Origin: Deinococcaceae bacterium
GTDB lineage: Bacteria; Deinococcota; Deinococci; Deinococcales; Trueperaceae
Reading direction: 5' to 3'
DNA: 12,321 nt
NCBI GenBank assembly: GCA_040256005.1
Contig: JBDZWC010000042.1
Span: 1-12,321, forward strand
The notes beneath the pieces were generated by a model that was not told the origin of the DNA, searched no databases, and saw only the letters and a list, made by a program, of their open reading frames with translations. Shown here one piece after another: positions 8,446 to 12,321 of this stretch. A program made the position numbers and the translations under genes. How positions within the stretch are numbered: position 1 is the stretch's first letter; every line of letters starts with the position of its first letter.

Positions 8446-8451
8446 AGGCTA
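8446..8451 (-). promoter_or_regulatory. Probable -10 element (TAGCCT) of a leaderless rsmI-mfd transcript
   Basis: On the minus strand TAGCCT lies exactly 6 nt before the GTG start at 8439. Confidence 0.6.
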
Positions 8452-8484
8452 CCGCGGAGGCGCCCGTTGCCCGCCGCCGGGACG

Positions 8485-9636
8485 CTACGGCGCGCCGGCC
8501 ACGAAGCGAGTGAGGCCCGTGTTGGGGTAGTAGAAGGCGAGGATCTGGCCGAAGTCGTAGCCCGCGTTGGCCAGCGCGCGGGCACCGTACTGGCTCATGC
8601 CCACGCCATGACCCCAGCCGTCTCCCGTCACGTTGAGCCCGCCCTGGACCCGGAAGGCCATGGACTTGAGGCCCCACGAGCGCGCCAGGGTAGTCAGCCG
8701 GCTGCCGCGCAGCACGCGACTGCCGCGCGACCCCGCGACCTCCAGCTCGTCGACCCTGCCGGACTCCGACAGGCCTACTACACGCAGCGAGACGACGTCG
8801 CCGACGTCGAGGCCGGCGGCTGCCAACGAGGCGCCCAACGCGGCGCCGTCCAGGCGGAGCGCCCACGAGCGGTGGGGGCTGCTCGACCGCGCGTCCTGCC
8901 GCGCCACGAGGTACGGCGACCACGTTCCCCACACCTCTGAGCTCGAAGCGACCGTGCCGCCAGAGTCGGCGTGATAGTAGGTGCGGGCCGTCCTCCCCTG
9001 GTATGTGACCACCACGCCGGCCGTGGCGGCGACGGCCAGGTCGGTGCGAGGATGCTCGGCCTCGACGCCTCTGTACACCTGGCAGTCCTCCGTGGCGCAC
9101 AGGTCGTACGCAGCCGCCGGATCCAGTGACGTCAACGTGTAGCTGCGAGCGGCCACCGCCTGGGCCTTGAGCGCCTCCAGGGGCCAGGACGCCGCCATCT
9201 CCGAGGGCACCACGCCGCGGAGGTAGTCCTCGATGCTCACGACGTTCACGACCTGTACGACGCCGTCCGCGGCGGTCAGCCGCACCCCACCGCGGTAACG
9301 GTGACCCGCGAACAGGAAAGGGTCGCCTTCGGGTTCGAGGTCCAGCATGGACCCGACCGGTGCTCCGTCGACGTAGAGGGTGTCCCCGACGGCGAAGACC
9401 GGCCAGGTGAGCCCGGCCGGCGTCCGGAACGCCCTGGCGCCGTCGATCCGGCCCGTGTGAGCGCCGTCGACCTCGACGATCACATCGGGCTGCTGGGCCA
9501 GGAGCACCCGTACGACAGCCGACTGTGCCTGCGCGACGCCGCCGAGCCCGGCGCACAGCAGCACCAGCGAGACGGCGACCAGCACCGGCCCGACGCGGAG
9601 ACAGACGGGGAGAAGACGACGCGTGCGGGCACGCAT
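8485..9636 (-). CDS. SpoIID/LytB-domain peptidoglycan lytic transglycosylase, exported (383 aa)
   Basis: Motifs YRGGVRL, VVNVVSIEDYLRGVVPSEM (catalytic Glu), EALKAQAVAARSY, CQVYRG, GWGHGVGMSQYGA, ILAFYYP. Start reassigned to the ATG at 9636 (MRARTRRLL... then a hydrophobic signal segment ending AQA). The track's 252-aa extension is antisense to the SDR. Confidence 0.9.
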   Translation of the reverse strand: MRARTRRLLPVCLRVGPVLVAVSLVLLCAGLGGVAQAQSAVVRVLLAQQPDVIVEVDGAHTGRIDGARAFRTPAGLTWPVFAVGDTLYVDGAPVGSMLDLEPEGDPFLFAGHRYRGGVRLTAADGVVQVVNVVSIEDYLRGVVPSEMAASWPLEALKAQAVAARSYTLTSLDPAAAYDLCATEDCQVYRGVEAEHPRTDLAVAATAGVVVTYQGRTARTYYHADSGGTVASSSEVWGTWSPYLVARQDARSSSPHRSWALRLDGAALGASLAAAGLDVGDVVSLRVVGLSESGRVDELEVAGSRGSRVLRGSRLTTLARSWGLKSMAFRVQGGLNVTGDGWGHGVGMSQYGARALANAGYDFGQILAFYYPNTGLTRFVAGAP

Positions 9637-9705
9637 GACCAGGCCAGTATCGCGGCTCGTCCGGCCGTGGGTACCGGAACAACCCCACACCATGGTCGAG
9701 GTCCG

Positions 9706-9714
9706 TGGCAACAT
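9706..9714 (+). promoter_or_regulatory. Probable extended -10 (TGgCAACAT) of a leaderless SDR transcript
   Basis: TG-n-CAACAT ends 6 nt before ATG 9721; no SD. Confidence 0.45.
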
Positions 9715-9720
9715 CGCGTC

Positions 9721-10572
9721 ATGTTCGTACCTGGCCTGCTTTCCGACAAGGTCGTTCTCGTCACAGGCGGTGGCACCGGGCTGGGTCGCGCCATGACCCG
9801 GCGCTTCCTGGAGTTGGGGGCGAGGGCCGTCATCGCGAGCCGTCGCCTCGAGGTGCTGGAGGCGACGGCCCGTGAGCTCACCGAGGAGACCGGCGGCGAG
9901 GTCCTCCCCGTCCGCCTCGACGTCCGCGACCCGGCAGCGGTCGAGGAGGTCATCGACGCCGCCTACGAGAGGTTCGGCACGGTCGACGTCCTGGTGAACA
10001 ACGCCGCCGGCAACTTCATCTCGCCCACCGAGCGGCTGTCGCACCGGGCCTTCGACGCCGTGCTCGGCATCGTGCTGCACGGGACCGTCTACATGACGCT
10101 GGCCCTGGGCAAGCGCTGGATCGCGGCCGGCACCGGCGGCACCGTGTTGTCCATCGCCTCCACGTACGCCGAGACCGGTTCTGGCTACGTCGTGCCGTCC
10201 GCCGTGGCCAAGGCGGGCGTGGTGTCGCTGACGCGCTCGCTGGCGGGCGAGTGGGGCCGGCACGGCATCAGGCTCAACGCGATAGCACCCGGGCCGTTCC
10301 CCACCCCGGGAGCGTGGAGCCGGCTGATGCCGACAGAGGACCTCCAGGACAGGTTCATGGCGCGGGTGCCGCTGGGCCGACCCGGTGAACACCGGGAGCT
10401 GGCGGACTTGGCCGCCTACCTGATCAGCGACTTCGCCTCTTACGTGACGGGCTCGCTCTACTACATCGACGGCGGCGAGAGCGTCTACAACGCCGGCGAG
10501 TTCAACCCGCTGTCGGAGCTGTCTGAAGGCGACTGGGACGCGCTAGCCGAGCGCAGGTCCTCGAGCGGGTGA
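9721..10572 (+). CDS. SDR-family oxidoreductase, 2,4-dienoyl-CoA reductase-like (DECR/FadH type)
   Basis: VTGGGTGLG, ASRR (basic, NADPH-type), NNAAGNF, YAETGSGYVVPSAVAKAG, SLAGEWG, IAPGP, YIDGG. Start moved from 9301 to ATG 9721, where the SDR fold begins. Confidence 0.9.
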   Translation: MFVPGLLSDKVVLVTGGGTGLGRAMTRRFLELGARAVIASRRLEVLEATARELTEETGGEVLPVRLDVRDPAAVEEVIDAAYERFGTVDVLVNNAAGNFISPTERLSHRAFDAVLGIVLHGTVYMTLALGKRWIAAGTGGTVLSIASTYAETGSGYVVPSAVAKAGVVSLTRSLAGEWGRHGIRLNAIAPGPFPTPGAWSRLMPTEDLQDRFMARVPLGRPGEHRELADLAAYLISDFASYVTGSLYYIDGGESVYNAGEFNPLSELSEGDWDALAERRSSSG

Positions 10573-10580
10573 CGGCTGGC

Positions 10581-11000
10581 TCAGAGCTCGGAACCGCCCG
10601 GCAGGCTCATGCGGAACACGCCGGTGGCGTCCTGGTACGCGACCTTGACCGTGTAAACGCCGCCGCCGAGCTGGAAGAGCTCGTCTATGGCGATCGTCTC
10701 CCCCGCCCGGTAGGTACGCTCGAACACCGTCGTGAGCGGACTTCCGGCGCGGCCCGTCTGGAAGCTGGTCGACCTCTCGTGCAGCACGCTGACCGTGACC
10801 GCTCCCCGCCTGACCAGGCCGCGGAAGCCGACCGGCATGTCCTCGCGCATGACGGTACGGCGCGACGTCTCGGCGACGTGATCCATCTTGTAGACGAAGA
10901 TCGGCGTCTGGGTGGGCACACCCAGGTACCAACCACGCAGCTCGCCGACGACGAAGAAGATGGCTGCCAGGACGAGCAGGAAGCCGAGGAAGTCGCGCAT
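10581..11000 (-). CDS. Hypothetical protein with N-terminal membrane anchor and beta-rich domain (139 aa)
   Basis: ATG start, hydrophobic FLGFLLVLAAIFFVVG, GC3-rich codons. Fills the SDR-acnA gap without overlapping either; upstream TATCAT at 11015-11010. Confidence 0.75.
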   Translation of the reverse strand: MRDFLGFLLVLAAIFFVVGELRGWYLGVPTQTPIFVYKMDHVAETSRRTVMREDMPVGFRGLVRRGAVTVSVLHERSTSFQTGRAGSPLTTVFERTYRAGETIAIDELFQLGGGVYTVKVAYQDATGVFRMSLPGGSEL

Positions 11001-11071
11001 GTGAGCAGGATGATAACGCGCTCACTGCCGCCTGTGCCGTGGACTTTGCCGCGTTCCGGCCAGCACCTTGT

Positions 11072-11102
11072 GGGCGCGCCGCTCCGGCTGGAGGGCGCGC
11101 CC
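11072..11102. terminator. Strong hairpin downstream of acnA (terminator or stability element)
   Basis: GGGCGCGCC-(G)-CTCC / GGAG-GGCGCGCCC stem with a 4-nt loop; no U-tract on either strand. Confidence 0.5.
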
Positions 11103-11155
11103 CGATGAGGTTCGGATCGTCCCAGGCGCGGGACCTGGGCGACTGGCAGAACAGG

Positions 11156-12321
<1,166 letters not shown>

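Noticed and set aside
9301..9720. 140-aa N-terminal extension of the SDR ORF
   Set aside because: It overlaps spoIID antisense and is low-complexity; the Rossmann motif starts right after ATG 9721.
9637..10392. 252-aa N-terminal extension of the SpoIID ORF (apparent 635-aa fusion)
   Set aside because: It is mostly the antisense shadow of the SDR gene; the signal peptide begins at ATG 9636.
11101..11120. CCGATGAG resembling a hammerhead ribozyme core
   Set aside because: It is not CUGANGA, and there is no GAAA after a stem II.

Overview
GC-rich bacterial chromosomal window. The gene styles (leaderless promoters, non-DNPR MurE, compact Mfd, small beta-barrel OMP) suggest Deinococcota, possibly Trueperaceae; this is inference. 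Plus strand: 3' part of murE, pyrimidine-nucleoside phosphorylase, initiator tRNA-fMet with its own promoter and downstream hairpin, era, a stand-alone 119-aa GIY-YIG nuclease and a very small secreted outer-membrane beta-barrel. Minus strand: SpoIID/LytB lytic transglycosylase, rsmI and mfd, with rsmI/mfd overlapping by one base. Then a DECR1/FadH-like 2,4-dienoyl-CoA reductase SDR (+), a small membrane-anchored hypothetical protein (-) and the 3' part of acnA (-). I see no mobile element, CRISPR array or clear multi-gene novel system; this is mostly housekeeping DNA. Best leads: the GIY-YIG gene behind era, the minimal OMP with a palindrome-bearing AT-rich promoter, a three-way-junction-like structure after acnA, the EDSR motif of MurE, and repeated leaderless promoters that correct several ORF-track starts.
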